A stretch of DNA of 64,000 nt from Macrostomum lignano. Taxonomy: Eukaryota. Below the pieces are notes generated by a model that was given only the letters and a program-made list of their open reading frames with translations, ran no database searches and had not been told where the DNA came from. The first letter of the stretch is position 1. The number at the start of each line of letters is the position of its first letter. Location: assembly GCA_002269645.1 (NCBI GenBank), contig NIVC01000009.1:3124-67123 (forward strand), given 5' to 3'. Both the position numbers and the translations under genes were made by a program. This document shows, piece after piece, positions 24,163 through 43,946 of the stretch.

Positions 24163-26159
24163 ATGGCCACCGCCAGCAACTTCCTGCAGAAATTTCGCGA
24201 CAAGGACACCCGCGCCTTCAAGAACTTCACGGCCAGCCAGTTCCTGGAGGTGTGGAGCCACTACGATCTGGATGGTAGCGGCTACATCGAGGACCGGGAG
24301 CTGGACAGCTTCCTGCGCGAGTTCGTCAGCTCCATCGTTCCCGGCCGGATTGGCGAAGAGGTCGTGTCGGACAGCGCCCTGCAGGACCTCAAGGAGGAGT
24401 TCATGCGGGCGTACGACGAGAACGAGGACAATAAAATCGAGATTGGCGAGCTGGCGCAGATGCTGCCGACGGAGGAGAATTTCCTGCTGCTGTTCCGGCG
24501 GAGCAATCCGCTGTCCAGCAGCGTGGAGTTCATCCGGGTCTGGCGACAGTTCGACCGTGACAGCTCCGGCCACATCGATGCCGACGAGTTGGGCGACTTC
24601 CTGCGGCACATCCTGGGAGAGAAGCGCGATGTCGGCGAGGAGCGGATGAAGGAGTACCGGGACACCATCCTGCGCCTGTTTGACAGGTGCGAGGGGCCTG
24701 GAATTCTAACGATTTGGAATTTATGATTCTTAGAATCAAGGATTCTAACAAATTGGAATTTGCGATTCTAAGAATCAAGGATTCTAACAAATTGGAATTT
24801 GCGATTCTAAGAATCAAGGATTCTAACAAATCGGAATTTGCGATTCTAAGAATCAAGGATTCTAACAAATTGGAATTTGCGATTCTAAGAATCAAGGATT
24901 CTAACAAATTGGAATTTGCGAATCTAAGAATCGAGGATTCTAACAAATTGGAATTTGCGATTCTAAGAATCGAGGATTCTAACAAATTGGAGTTTGCGAT
25001 TCCAAGAATCAAGGATTCTAACAAATTGGAATTTGCGATTCTAAGAATCAAGGATTCTAACAAATCGGAATTTGCGATTCTAAGAATCAAGGATTCTAAC
25101 AAATTGGAATTTGCGAATCTAAGAATCGAGGATTCTAACAAATTGGAATTTGCGATTCTAAGAATCGAGGATTCTAACAAATTGGAGTTTGCGATTCCAA
25201 GAATCAAGGATTCTAACAAATTGGAATTTGCGATTCTAAGAATCGAGAATTCTAACAAATTGGAGTTTGCGATTCTAAGATCGGATTCTAAGAAATTGGA
25301 ATTTTCGATATTAGGAATAGATTATCCTAACAATTTGGAGCTTGCGATTCTAAGAATTGAGGATTCTAACAATGTGGAATTTAAGATTTTAAGAATTGAG
25401 AATACAAAGCGTCTTATATTTGGAATTCTACGGATTTAAAATTTCGGATTTAAAGAAGTATGCACTTTGTATTTAAAAAATTACAATTTTTGATTCCAAG
25501 AATCAAGAATTTCAATTTCTAAAAGTGTGAAATCGGATTCTGAGAATTAAGTTTTTTTTAAGATCCTCTACCGATTAAAACTTTGTGGATCTTGACGATT
25601 TGAAATTCTCAGAGTTTTCAATAGATTCTGAGTAAGCTAATTCTCTAGTTAGGTTTCAAAGTTTACAGCTTAGCATTTAATTAGTCTCACAAGTATTGAG
25701 CTTCTATATATTCTGAGAGAAGCAACTACTTCAGCTGAAGAAACTGAAACAATTTGAATTCCCGCCATTCCATTATTTCTAAGAAACGGTGACGGCCAGC
25801 TGCAGCTGAGCGAGCTGGCCCGCCTGCTGCCAGTGAAGGACAATTTCTTGGCCAAGCCGCTGCTGAAAAACGCGTCCCGCCTGTCCGGCCCCGAGATCGA
25901 CCGGCTGTTCCGCAAATACGACATGGACAGGAGCGGCCAGATCGAGGGAGACGAGCTGGCCGGACTGTTGAAGGACCTCCTGGAGCTGACCGGCGAGGAC
26001 TACGACGAGTCCAAGATGCTATACTTCCGCGATGTCATCATGGAGCAGTGGGACGCCGACAAGGACGGCCGGATTGCCCGCGACGAGTTGAAGATGATTC
26101 TGCTGCAGCACAAGCGGCTGGCGGAGGAGCAGGAAGCTCTGCAGTCTGGCTGCGACTGA
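24163..26159 (+). CDS. Cbp53E: Calbindin/calretinin/secretagogin family hexa-EF-hand protein (Cbp53E-like), 299 aa
   Basis: Exons 24163-24686 and 25784-26159, phase 2 (D-R|NGDGQLQLSEL; AAG acceptor). EF loops YDLDGSGYIE, YDENEDNKIE, FDRDSSGHID, FDRNGDGQLQ, YDMDRSGQIE, WDADKDGRIA. Confidence 0.9.
24700..25440. repeat. 39-bp minisatellite in calbindin intron
   Basis: ttctaagaatcaaggattctaacaaattggaatttgcga about 15 times, decaying at the 3' end. Confidence 0.95.
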
Positions 26160-26619
26160 CCCGGGGGGGATCGAGTCCATAACCTTCTGACTTTAGACTG
26201 AGTTGGCTAGAAATTGATTATCGTTTATTGTTTCTAAATAAAATATTCTAGCTATATTCTGTAAAGCTACTTATAAATAGTCTCGCTATAAACAAGTAGC
26301 AAAAGCGCATATCTCTACCGTAATTTAATCATTTTAGTGCATAGTCCGACGTCTACATGTAATGCAGAATCGATTCCATAAATGTAGGAAAAGTAATAAA
26401 TTAATTTTTCTTCAATACCTAAATCGTTAGGAAAGCTGGTTTCAAACTATTGTAATTGCTTCACCAACAATATAATTAACAAAAGTTGGTGCTGGTGGGA
26501 TCAACTGTAAAATACAATTGCTGTGCAATATTGGCTCTGAGCTAACCTACTTCGGTTTAAAAAAAAAGTTTTCAATTTTATTTTTTCGACAAAGCTTTGT
26601 GTTTTGTTTTGTCGAAGCA

Positions 26620-26950
26620 TACACCCCTTCCACGGGATCCAATCCCAGTGACCCACACCCCTTCCACGGGATCCAATCCCAGTAACCCACACCCGTTCAC
26701 GGGATCCAATCCCAATGACCCACACCCGTTCACGGGATCCAATCCCAATGACCCACACCCGTTCACGGTATCCAATCCCTGTGACCCACACCCGTTCACG
26801 GTATCCAATCCCAGTGACCCACACCCGTTCACGGTATCCAATCCCAGTGACCCACACCCGTTCACGGTATCCAATCCCAGTGACCCACACCCGTTCACGG
26901 TATCCAATCCCAGTGACCCACACCCGTTCACGAGATCCAGTCCCAGTCAC
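26620..26950. repeat. 33-bp minisatellite (cacgggatccaatcccagtgacccacacccgtt)
   Basis: About 10 copies. Confidence 0.9.
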
Positions 26951-28244
26951 CCCCACAAATTTGGTAGTTTTTCAAAGAAATCCCTGTTAAATTGATTTTT
27001 GCGACACAATACGAATAGCGAAATATCGATAAAGGCGAGTGAACGGTGCCCCAATTGCTAATTATCATTAAATTGGATGTTAAAAAATCTGTTTAATAAG
27101 TCCTTTATTTAAAATATATATAGTCTTAAATATTTTCAATCGTTCACTCAAACTAAGTCGAGAGATATGGACTTAGTTGAGAATACAAATAGTTGTCATG
27201 AAATAATTTAGACAAAAACTAGATGCAGATAGAAAAGTAAATATAGTAAGAAAACATTACACACTACTAATCTTTGTTCAGTGACCGACCAAAATTTGGG
27301 TCTACAAGAAACAAAAATGTGACGTTGCCAGTTTGAGGTGGTCCCGAAAAGGGCCGTTGGACTACTGTTTCTCTATAGTTTCAACCCTTCAGTTTCACCG
27401 TTTCAACTAAACTTTTCCATTTGTTTATTGCGACGTTTGCTTGTAGTCGTGCCCAACGATTTTGTGGCAATTTCCAATTCACTGTATATTTTGCTATCCT
27501 CTCTCGCGACCGTATAAAATTGGCACGATCGATAATTTTAAGTTCTCTCGCCAGCCAATGAAAATCACTCGTGCTTCGCGCTACCCCCCCTCTGCGCTCC
27601 TTTATTAAACCCCCGCCTGGCGGCGGCACTCCTCCCCCCCCGTCCTTATCTGTGCTTCTCTCTTCCTCCCGGCCTGTCCTCGGCCTTGTTTTCCTTCTCT
27701 CTGTCTGGGCCAGCCTGTTTACACTGCCTGCCACTGTCTGCCACGGCTAACGCCAATCTCACCACTACGCATCTGCCACTGTTGTACTCATCGCCGTTAC
27801 TCACCACGTTGCATCGTCTTGCATCACTCGCCTACCACTCGACTACAATCTCTAACTCACCTTCAAGTCAAAACCATTGTTGCAGCCGCCAGTGCCCCAA
27901 AGCGCAATAAGTTCTATATTGATATTAACCGCATCGAATATTGATCTCAACAATAATAACCAACTACGGCCAGTTTCCGGCCTTGTATGCCAAGTGCTCC
28001 GCTACACAAATCCGCTATCAAGACTTGACTCGATTCATTTGGGACTAAAACGGCCCTTTTAAGGGTCACGGACAACATCAAATAACGTGACAAAAAGCTC
28101 AAAAACGATGCAAAATAACAATGAAGGAAGCAACTAACTAACAAATATATTTTTGATTCAGTATAAAGTTGTTTATTTACAATTTCAATGCGTTCTTTGA
28201 GCTTGTTAAACTCAGTATAATCGAGAAGGAATATCTGGTTTCTT

Positions 28245-28846
28245 GAAAATACGACTTATTTTAACGCTGTGCTAATTGATTGAGAAGAAATGTGTGATTT
28301 CTTGGAAATACGACTTATTTTAAGGCTGTGCTAATTGCTTGAGAAGAAATGTGGTTACTTGGAAATACGACTTATTTTAACGCTGTGCTAATTAATTGAG
28401 AAGAAATGTGTGATTTCTTGGAAATACGACTTATTTTAACGCTGTGCTAATTGATTGAGAAGAAATGTGTGATTTCTTGGAAATACGACTTATTTTAACG
28501 CTGTGCTAATTGATTGAGAAGAAATGTGTGGTTACTTGGAAATACGACTTATTTTAACGCTGTGCTAATTAATTGAGAAGAAATGTGTGATTTCTTGGAA
28601 ATACGACTTATTTTAACGCTGTGCTAATTGATTGAGAAGAAATGTGTGATTTCTTGGAAATACGACTTATTTTAACGCTGTGCTAATTGATTGAGAAGAA
28701 ATGTGTGATTTCTTGGAAATACGACTTATTTTAACGCTGTGCTAATTGATTGAGAAGAAATGTGTGATTTCTTGGAAATACGACTTATTTTAACGCTGTG
28801 CTAATTGATTGAGAAGAAATGTGTGATTTCTTGGAAATACGACTTT
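28245..28846. repeat. 59-bp minisatellite
   Basis: ggaaatacgacttattttaacgctgtgctaattgattgagaagaaatgtgtgatttctt about 10 times. Confidence 0.95.
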
Positions 28847-29130
28847 TTCACGCTCTGGTAATCAATTGCTCGAAAAGTTTGTAAATTTGGAAAAATGAGA
28901 GCAGAGTAAAAGACGAGGGATCATTTGTATCTAAGCATGCCCAAATGTCAGTCTTGTAAGGGGAATCTGTGTGTAATATGCCCAAAAAAGGAACTGTTTA
29001 TATAATTTTTTCAATTGTTCTGCTCAAATTCAACAATGGCAGCATGCTAGAGAGCATGGTTTAATGGAATAATAATGCCAATACCAAGCTGAGATCAGAG
29101 ATTCTGAACAAATTCCTAAGAAAACAAACT

Positions 29131-29469
<339 letters not shown>

Positions 29470-32075
29470 TCAGAATATTTATCTCTATTAGTCTAGACGG
29501 TAGCTGGCGTCTCTAAGACTGGCGCAGTCAACTTTCTTTTTCAGCAATAGGGGCCAAAGTTTGGACAGGAAATGAAGAAAAAGCAGCAACTCTCGGCTAC
29601 GCTTGGTTCGGCCAGCCCTCCCAAATAGTTCGCTAAATTGCAGGCCTCTCGACTATTCACTGAGAAGCGAGAGAGAGAGAGGGGGGGATACCCCAGTCTG
29701 GAGCAGCAGTCAGGCTAGTCATCCGCTGTACTGCGATCGGAGCCACAGCCAGATAGAAAGGGAGAGAGAGAATTGGGGGATATTTTCCTCTCAGCCCCTC
29801 CTCCTCATTCGCCTCCCCGATCCTCTGCTGCACGTTCCTCGTCTACTATCCCGGCCAATCGATAATTTTCGGCCTTATAGCTGTACTTTCGGTTGCTTCG
29901 CATTTCCCCAGCTGCAGCGCGCTCGCTTCCCCTGCCTTGCTCCTCCTCTTCTGCTTCTCCCGTCTTTGCCTTCGAAAGGGTTCCGAGTTTTTGCATAAAT
30001 AATTTTGTTTACAGAGCAGCTATTATATCCACTGAAGCTGAGCAGCGCAATCAGAAACACTTGAAGAGTGCACAAGCACCAGGGGCTTTACGAGTAGCAA
30101 TACTGCTGGCAATATACTTTTGATAGCCAATGGGAAGTCTTTAGCGCCCCGGCCCTTTGTCCCTTTTACCGAATGTTGGGTTGATCAAAATGACTCCTAT
30201 TATTTAACCGTAAAAAAAGCAAGTTACATGTAATTGAATATGTGTACTGAAATCCTAATTAAGAGTGATGGACGAAACTTGGAGATGTGAGACAAGTGAG
30301 ACAACTTGGAAATAGAGCTGATAAGGAGACAGACTCGTTTGGTCCCCCTTACAATTTATCCAAAAAAGGCAAGAGGCACTGTATACCCCCACTGGGGTCA
30401 TCCCATAGATCTTATATGATCTTTGGGTCATCCCCTATAAAAATTGCTGCATAGCAACCACGCTAACGCTGAGTATATACATGTATATGATCTTTTGTTG
30501 TTGAAATTTGTGTTGCACGCACTAATAATTAATTGACGGAATCAATTGATTAATTGACATGTGTGGCACAAAAAGAGAATGTGCATTTGTCGTATAATCC
30601 AATAGCACAACATTTTGTTTTTCCCGCCTCAAGGGGGTAGCAATTACTCGATCAAACAATACGTCAATTAGTAAGATTTTTTGTCGCTCATCCCCTCGTT
30701 TTTATTTGCAAGTGGCATATACATGTATAGTCGGGTAGTAGTCTTCGTTTATAAAAAGTATTTTGTGGGGAGCAAAGACAACTGTATATTACAATTATAT
30801 ACAGTGGTCCTTGGTTGGAGCTAATTGGTGGCGACCGCCAAGTAATAGTTAAAACAAATATATAAAAATAGTCACTGTAAATAATGCAAAAAACAATAAA
30901 ACATTATGTAGGAGTGTTAAAAAAGGTTTTCTCATAATGAATTTTGCGAAAATAAAAGATCAAGCAAGTGAAACAAGTATAAATAACTTACGAAGCAATT
31001 CAAACGGAAAACATTGTTGCTTTTTTTATTGAGAGTAGTCAGTCAGCTTATAGTAACGTACTTGTTTATAGCTAAGTGTTACCACTTAAAAATGGTGAAA
31101 ATGCACTAAATTACCTATAATATTATTTATTAGTAGTTGCGTTTAACTCACTATTTATCAGAGATCCATCATTCTAAGAAATAAATTATTTGAGCATAAG
31201 CCATGAATACTGCGTGCTTTTGATCACCGAACTTGACAAGTAGATGAAAATATCTACAGTAAGCACCTGCCTGTAATTCTGTAAAGGCTGTAAACGCTCT
31301 CTTAAATGTTCACAAAATGTATCGACTAGCTGCTTCTTCATTTTTATTTATTTAATTTTCTTAGTTTGAACTTTTATTAATAATAGTACTTTTAATGAGT
31401 TGAAGCAGAATGACAGAAATACAAAGTGTTGTTGAAAATCGGATTTAAATTATTATAAAATAGGTTCTACCTGAAATTCTGATCTTTAACTGTAAACTAT
31501 GATGCTCTAGGCCTATTCTTTTTAATATTCAAATTAATTCATCATATTTTTTAATTAAAACCTATAGCAAGTTAAGGGTATGAGAGGTATCATTGTTGTT
31601 TTTTCACAGAGAAATATAAATAGGTTAAAATTTAATTTTGTATATAATAAATAGCATCTCTTTTAAACGTTGCTATTTATATGATATGTCCTTATTATAA
31701 ACCATTTAGTTATTTAGCTCAGATTACTAATTGTTTTTGTTACAGTATGGCTCCAACAAGTTATCGACGCTCGTAGAAACAATCTTTTAACTTTAATGTA
31801 ACAGCTTTTTATCCTGATTTTGTCTATATTATAATGCAACAATTTCTTTCCATGAATCTTCAAGCTCTATGTATTAAATTACATACCGTATATTGTAAGT
31901 TAAATGGTTTATCTGATCTGAAATCAAATCTGACACTTAATGCTTGAGTACGAAGTAGCACAAATATAGCAAAAAATGATTTCATAAGTTTGTATTTAAA
32001 TTTCAAACAAAGATTATTAACCCAGAAAATCCGAATCTTCTGCCAGAAGTGGTTCGGCGCTGCAAAAGAACAGAA

Positions 32076-37156
<5,081 letters not shown>

Positions 37157-38261
37157 GGCCTTAATTGAGCCTATGAAGCTTTCAGCTCGATTCTCTAGCC
37201 ATCAACGAATCAGAACAGACTTCTACCATAGACATTCTGCTGAACTCTAACACCCAGTCTACATTATTTTCAACAGAGCGTTGAGGCCAAAATAGTCTCA
37301 ATTGTTTGCTTAACCCGGAATTGTCTCGCATTACACGCTTTAGTAATTTTTGTGGGCCATCGAATATCCACATTTTTTTGCTATCTTTTTTTTCAGCACA
37401 AAGTGGCCTATTTAGAGTGTATAATGAGGTCTATGGCTTTAGCGTATCGAGTTCTTGAGCCAGAATCTTAAGACTAAGTAATTGCTCTGCGATTTAGTAA
37501 AATCTTCAGTCTTGTGTAAATAGACTTTGGCCATAGACAAAAAATTCTGAACCAGCCAATACTAATTAGAGTCGTAGATAGCGAGTGAGAGAATTTACCA
37601 TAGACAGCCTAAAATGTCGATGGTCTTTTTACCATAGACATTCTTGGATCTCGGTTTTGACACTACAACTATGTCTATGGCACAAACCTGCTTTGTGTAA
37701 TTCAACTTAGAAGTCTGATGACAAATCTCGTAGATTTAATTGCTTCTGACTATTAACTTAAAAGTCGCTTGGTGCTTAACCGGATTCATGGCATTTTCAG
37801 TAGTCAAGTACAGACGCTGGGCATGCTTCCACTACTAAATTTATGTGTATATTCAAACCGAATCGCTTCCTGTTTATATGAACTTTTTACTATTTTAAAA
37901 CATAGCTTGCTGAGTTCAAGTTCTTCTGATTAAGAGCTAGGGGCATTTTTTAAAAAACCAATTCAAAGTGTACAGAAGCTCAATTTTATTAAGTATAATA
38001 CGGCCGAGGCCTCTGTTTTGCATTCCTCCAAATCCTCTTGTGCTTATCTTCCATTGTGACGGAAAACAGACTATACGACTGACATTATTAATACTGTACA
38101 GTTAATTAAAACAAATAAATTATGTACCAAATATTTGATCAGAGCTGCTTGTCTCAACTGGATATTTAAAGTTTATTTTCTGTATTTTATTCTTTTCTAG
38201 GCCTATTTAGCACCATAAATCTGCTGTTCATAGTTTAGAGTCCACTCTACAACTGCATTAT

Positions 38262-38756
38262 AGTGACGCTAAAATCTAGTCTGCGACGCTAAAATCTAGT
38301 CTGCGACGCTAAAATCTAGTCTGTGGCGCTAACATCTAGTCTGTGGCGCTAACATCTAGTCTGTGGCGCTAAAATCTAGTCTGTAGCGCTAAAATCTAGT
38401 CTGTGACGCTAAAATCTAGTCTGTGGCGCTAACATCTAGTCTGCGACGCTAAAATCTAGTCTGTGACGCTAAAATTTAGTTTGTGACGCTAAGATCTAGT
38501 CTGTGACGATAAAATCAATTCTGTGACGCTAAAATCTAGTCTGTGACATCTAGTCTGCGACGCTAAAATCTAGTCTGTGGCGCTAACATCTAGTCTGTGG
38601 CGCTAACATCTAGTCTGCGACGCTAAAATCTAGTCTGTGACGCTAAAATTTAGTTTGTGACGCTAAGATCTAGTCTGTGACGATAAAATCAAGTCTGTGG
38701 CGCTAACATCTAGTCTGTGACGCTAAAATCAAGTCTGTGGCGCTAACATCTAGTCC
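38262..38756. repeat. 20-bp minisatellite (gacgctaaaatctagtctgt)
   Basis: About 24 copies. Confidence 0.9.
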
Positions 38757-38978
38757 TATTTGAAAATGGATGCTTAAACTTTTAGACGATGCTTATTACT
38801 TTTGGGGCTTATGAAACCACCAACCCAAGCCATAAACCTGTTTAGTATTCCTAGATAAAGACAAAGATTACTAAAGAAAAACTATTTAGAGCGGATTCCA
38901 TTATTAAGCTAATAATAAGGGCCTATTTCAGCCCCTTACTGACCACAACTGCCTGTGCCAGCCTCCAACAACCTGCAG

Positions 38979-41900
38979 ATGACGCAACGTCATCAGACAG
39001 ACAGGCAGAGCGCTGAGCGTCAGCTCCGAGCCGAGTATCCAGAATTTAGCGAGCAGTGCATTCAGCAGACTTTAGAGGCGGTGAGCAAGAGTGTGGCGTG
39101 TGTGCATGGAAATTCCGTGGAAGTTCCGTTAATTAGCTGCTATTTATGTACGAGTATATGACATTGCTGCTGTAATTTCTGTCAATTAATTGCTTTGTGT
39201 TTTTTTGTTATGCTAGAGCCTACGGGCCCGTATTGCCAATATTTTAATGCAGTGTAAAACTAATTCAGAGTGAGCAGTTTTGGCTGTAACTCTATACAGG
39301 CACTAATACAGGCACTAATACAGACACTAATACAGACACTAATACAGGCACTAATACAGACACTAATACAGGCACTAATACAGACACTAATACAGACACT
39401 AATACAGGCACTAATACAGGCACTAATACAGGCACTAATACAGACACTAATACAGGCACTAATACAGGCACTAATACAGGCACTAATACAGGCACTAATA
39501 CAGACACTAATACAGGCACTAATACAGACACTAATACAGGCACTAATACAGGCACTAATACAGACACTAATACAGACACTAACACAGGCACTAATACAGA
39601 CACTAATACAGGCACTAATACAGACACTAATACAGGCACTAATACAGACACTAATACAGGCACTAATACAAGCACTAATACAGACACTAATACAGACACT
39701 AATACAGACACTAATACAGACACTAATACAGACACTAATACAGGCACTAATACAGACACTAATACAGACACTAATACAGGCACTAATACAGACACTAATA
39801 CAGGCACTAATACAAGCACTAATACAGACACTAATACAGACACTAATACAGACACTAATACAGACACTAATACAGGCACTAATACAGACACTAATACAGA
39901 CACTAACACAGGCACTAATACAGACACTAATACAGGCACTAATACAGGCACTAATACAGACACTAATACAGGCACTAATACAGACACTAATACAGACACT
40001 AATACAGGCACTAATACAGGCACTAATACAGGCACTAATACAGGCACTAATACAGACACTAATACAGGCACTAATACAGACACTAATACAGGCACTAATA
40101 CAGGCACTAATACAGACACTAATACAGACACTAACACAGGCACTAATACAGACACTAATACAGGCACTAATACAGACACTAATACAGGCACTAATACAGA
40201 CACTAATACAGGCACTAATACAAGCACTAATACAGACACTAATACAGACACTAATACAGACACTAATACAGACACTAATACAGACACTAATACAGGCACT
40301 AATACAGACACTAATACAGACACTAATACAGACACTAATACAGGCACTAATACAGACACTAATACAGGCACTAATACAAGCACTAATACAGACACTAATA
40401 CAGACACTAATACAGACACTAATACAGACACTAATACAGGCACTAATACAGACACTAATACAGACACTAACACAGGCACTAATACAGACACTAATACAGG
40501 CACTAATACAGGCACTAATACAGACACTAATACAGGCACTAATACAGACACTAATACAGGCACTAATACAGGCACTAATACAGGCACTAATACAGGCACT
40601 AATACAGACACTAATACAGGCACTAATACAGACACCATTTTTGCTCACTGTTGTGATGTTGCATATCCTTTTCAACTCTTTACAATTTGTATACTATTAA
40701 GCTTTATTTACTCGTTTTTGAATAATCTTTTCAGGATCGAATTTTACAGAGGGTTTTTTATATCACAGTTATTGGGCAATACTCTTGTTTCCGTTAGCGC
40801 ATAAAGCTTGAAATTAACAAATTAATTCTCAGGAGTCTAAGAAACTCTAAGGAAATTCCGCCGGCTGAAGCAGAGTTTACAGCAATTATTAATATAGTTA
40901 ATTTTGTCTCGAATTTGGCAGAAATAGAGCCCTAGCAGCCTATACTATGCCTTGTGCCCCGTGTGCAAGGGGCTGCGACAAGATCAGCTTACCTGCCCCC
41001 CCCCGTAACCGAACCTGTTAGTTTGCAGTTAGCTTGTCTGCTATAGGCGACCTTCCTTTACGATGAAGCGAAGAGATTAGCTACCTCCCGCTTGCTGCCA
41101 AAGCCAATGTAGTTAGGCGCATATAGTCCAGCGGTAATAAGTGGTGCTGAAGTTGAAAAAAATTACAATCGTACTCGTATGCACAAAACCTTCGAAGAAA
41201 TTTTTCTCCTTTAGCTACTACTTTTGTTAGCGTCTTTGGTATTTCTTATCTTTTGGCTTCTCGCATGTATTAAGCTAGTACATGTAAGAGTTCTGCAAGC
41301 AAGGTTGATGAGTGCAGGTGCACTTGAGCTTTTTATACTCTTTCGTGGCCCAGTTGCTGGATTCACCTGTGTCAGCTAGGACTCCAGTTGCTGGATTCAC
41401 CTGTGTCAGCTAGGACTCCAGTTGCTGTATTCACCTGTGTCAGCTAGGACTCCAGTTGCTGGATTCACCTGTGTCAGCTAGGACTCCAGTTGCTGTATTC
41501 ACCTGTGTCAGCTAGGACTCCAGTTGCTGTATTCACCTGTGTCAGCTAGGACTCCAGTTGCTGTATTCACCTGTGTCAGCTAGGACTCCAGTTGCTGTAT
41601 TCACCTGTGTCAGCTAGGACTCCAGTTGCTGTATTCACCTGTGTCAGCTAGGACTCCAGTTGCTGTATTCACCTGTGTCAGCTAGGACTCCAGTTGCTGT
41701 ATTCACCTGTGTCAGCTAGGACTCCAGTTGTTGGATTCACCTGTGTCAGCTAGGACTCCAGTTGCTGGATTCACCTGTGTCAGCTAGGACTCCAGTTGCT
41801 GTATTCACCTGTGTCAGCTAGGACTCCAGTTGCTGTATTCACCTGTGTCAGCTAGGACTCCAGTTGCTGTATTCACCTGTGTCAGCTAGGACTCCAGTTG

Positions 41901-43946
41901 CTGTATTCACCTGTGTCAGCTAGGACTCCAGTTGCTGTATTCACCTGTGTCAGCTAGGACTCCAGTTGCTGTATTCACCTGTGTCAGCTAGGACTCCAGT
42001 TGTTGGATTCACCTGTGTCAGCTAGGACTCCAGTTGTTGGATTCACCTGTGTCAGCTAGGACTCCAGTTGCTGGATTCACCTGTCTTAGGCCTATTATTG
42101 TTTGAGCAGCAATTTGTCTGTGCAGTACGTAGATGTCAGAAGTTCATTTTGACTCATTTCAAAGCAATATCTCTAATCTCTATTTCATTCTCCACCGTCG
42201 CGCTTCGATACCGCAGCACGAATTTTCCCTGAGCCGGTGCCGCGAGGCCCTAAACCAGCTGAGAGGGCGGCAGCAGGCCAAACCGAAGCGCCGTTTCAAA
42301 TGGCGCTGGCCCAAGCTGGGCGGTGGCAACCGCGGCGGCAGCAGTCGGCAGTTGTCGCCAACAGCAGCGGCAGCGCCAGCAGCTGCGGAGGCGACTGCAA
42401 CAAACGGATCTGCTGCTGCGGCAGTGCAGCCTGTTGGACAAATGTCTGACGTGGATCACCACGGTGAGATGACGGGTCTTGAAGACATCTTCCCACAAGC
42501 ACTTCATTCACACGCTCACACAGGGCTTGGGGTTGCTATCATGGGTGTTGACTTGCACGACAAGCCCTTTGGCTTTGGTCAATTTTCGCGAACAAAGCTC
42601 TGAATTAATGTGACCGCCGCGAGAGGCAGACGCGTTCACCGCTGAGCTGCTCCGCCCTGAACCAGCTACCCTTAGTTGCTAAAACTGGTTCAGCTTCGGG
42701 ACGGCAAGGCATTTCGCGCCAATTTTGAACCTTCCAGTAGCCGTGCAGCGCCACAGCCTGAATCGCATTGCTAGCGCCCGGTCGACATCGTCCAACAGCC
42801 TGACGCTTGCCTGGCGGGCCGTGACCGCCCGACGGGAGATGCTGGCGCTGCTGCTGCCGATGCACGTCTCGGCTACGCAGAACGGCGTATCGCAAGGCGC
42901 GGCCAGCTCCGTAATCTTCGAGCTGGCTCGCGACACCCTATTAAACGATATTCGTCAACTGAATCGCCAATGGGCGACTCTTAACAGTTCGAGAGGCGAT
43001 TGGCAGCAGCAGCAACAACACACGCTGGCTCCAAGCTCGGCCGTTACGCGACGTCGTCCAAAATTCGGTTGCAACTCTGGCGGCGGTGGGAGCGGCAGCG
43101 CAGATTCTGGACAGGCGCCGCGGCATCAGCGAGTGTCCGTTTCGCTCCTGCCAGCTCCCAGTGGGGCCGCCGGTGAGCTTTGAGTGTTGTATAAAACAGA
43201 ACAGTCAACTATACTCAGCAACATTGAAAAGTCGCCACTCTATGGCCCAGTGAGCAATTTTCAGAGCGAGTATATTAGAAATTGTTATCCTATTTTTTTA
43301 TTAGAGGCAGGGGGGTTGTGTGTCCCTGGCGCATTTTAAGCGACATAGGCACACAACCGGCGAGAGGCATTACTGCCCATTCCGCCGACTCCCCTGAGCA
43401 GGCATACGAGCGCGCGGATACGTACGCAGGCACACACTCACACAGGAGTGTACAGCGGCCCTAATTTTTTTTTATCGTTAGGCATGTACACTTCACTACG
43501 CCTTGGGGGTTGGCCCTCAAGGGTGTTAATTGCACGAGCAGAGCCAAGCCGAGATTCAAATTCAGCCCCAAATTAATGTGACTGCACTGGGAATCGAGCC
43601 TGGGCCGCTGGCACATCAGAGCGCCGCGCTGGACCACTGGGCTACGGCCCGCGTCCCAATGCGACTGCTGACATGACAACAATAAGCTACTGGCATTGCT
43701 AGCATAAATTTCACATGGAAAATCTATTCTTCAGGTGCCCCGCCTCCGATCCTGCTGTTCCGGCCATCGTCGGTGCCGCAGGAGGCTGCCCCGGCGCCGT
43801 CGCTGCCGCCGTGGCACTGTCAGTGCTGCACATTCGCTAACCACCCGGACCTGCTTGAGTGCGAAATGTGCTCAGCGGAGCGGCCGCAGCTGCAGAGACC
43901 GCGAGCCGCTTCGATTTCATTGGATCGGCCAACTGCCAGGAGCTAG
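38979..43946 (+). CDS. TAB2: TAB2/TAB3-like CUE + NZF ubiquitin-binding adaptor, 331 aa
   Basis: Exons 38979-39080 (MTQRHQTDRQSAERQLRAEYPEFSEQCIQQTLEA), 42217-42463 (HEFSLSRCREALNQL; completes a CUE-like domain), 42738-43172, 43735-43946 (WHCQCCTFANHPDLLECEMC, like TAB2 [20 protein letters not shown]). Phases 0/1/1 compatible. Confidence 0.75.
39293..40634. repeat. 12-bp minisatellite cactaatacag(a/g), ~112 units
   Basis: Directly visible; source of the QALI/QTLI, ISAC/ISVC and LVPV pseudo-ORFs. Confidence 0.97.
41350..42084. repeat. 34-bp minisatellite (ccagttgctgtattcacctgtgtcagctaggact)
   Basis: About 21 copies in TAB2 intron 1. Confidence 0.97.

Noticed and set aside
37200-37800. Cluster of ccatagac/gtctatgg motifs suggesting DNA-transposon subterminal repeats
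   Set aside because: No TIRs or TSD could be defined
39260-40700. 450-476-aa ORFs on both strands
   Set aside because: Stop-free frames of a 12-bp repeat inside TAB2 intron 1
40975-41000. cttacctg resembling the U1 snRNA 5' end
   Set aside because: No further U1 stem-loops or Sm site
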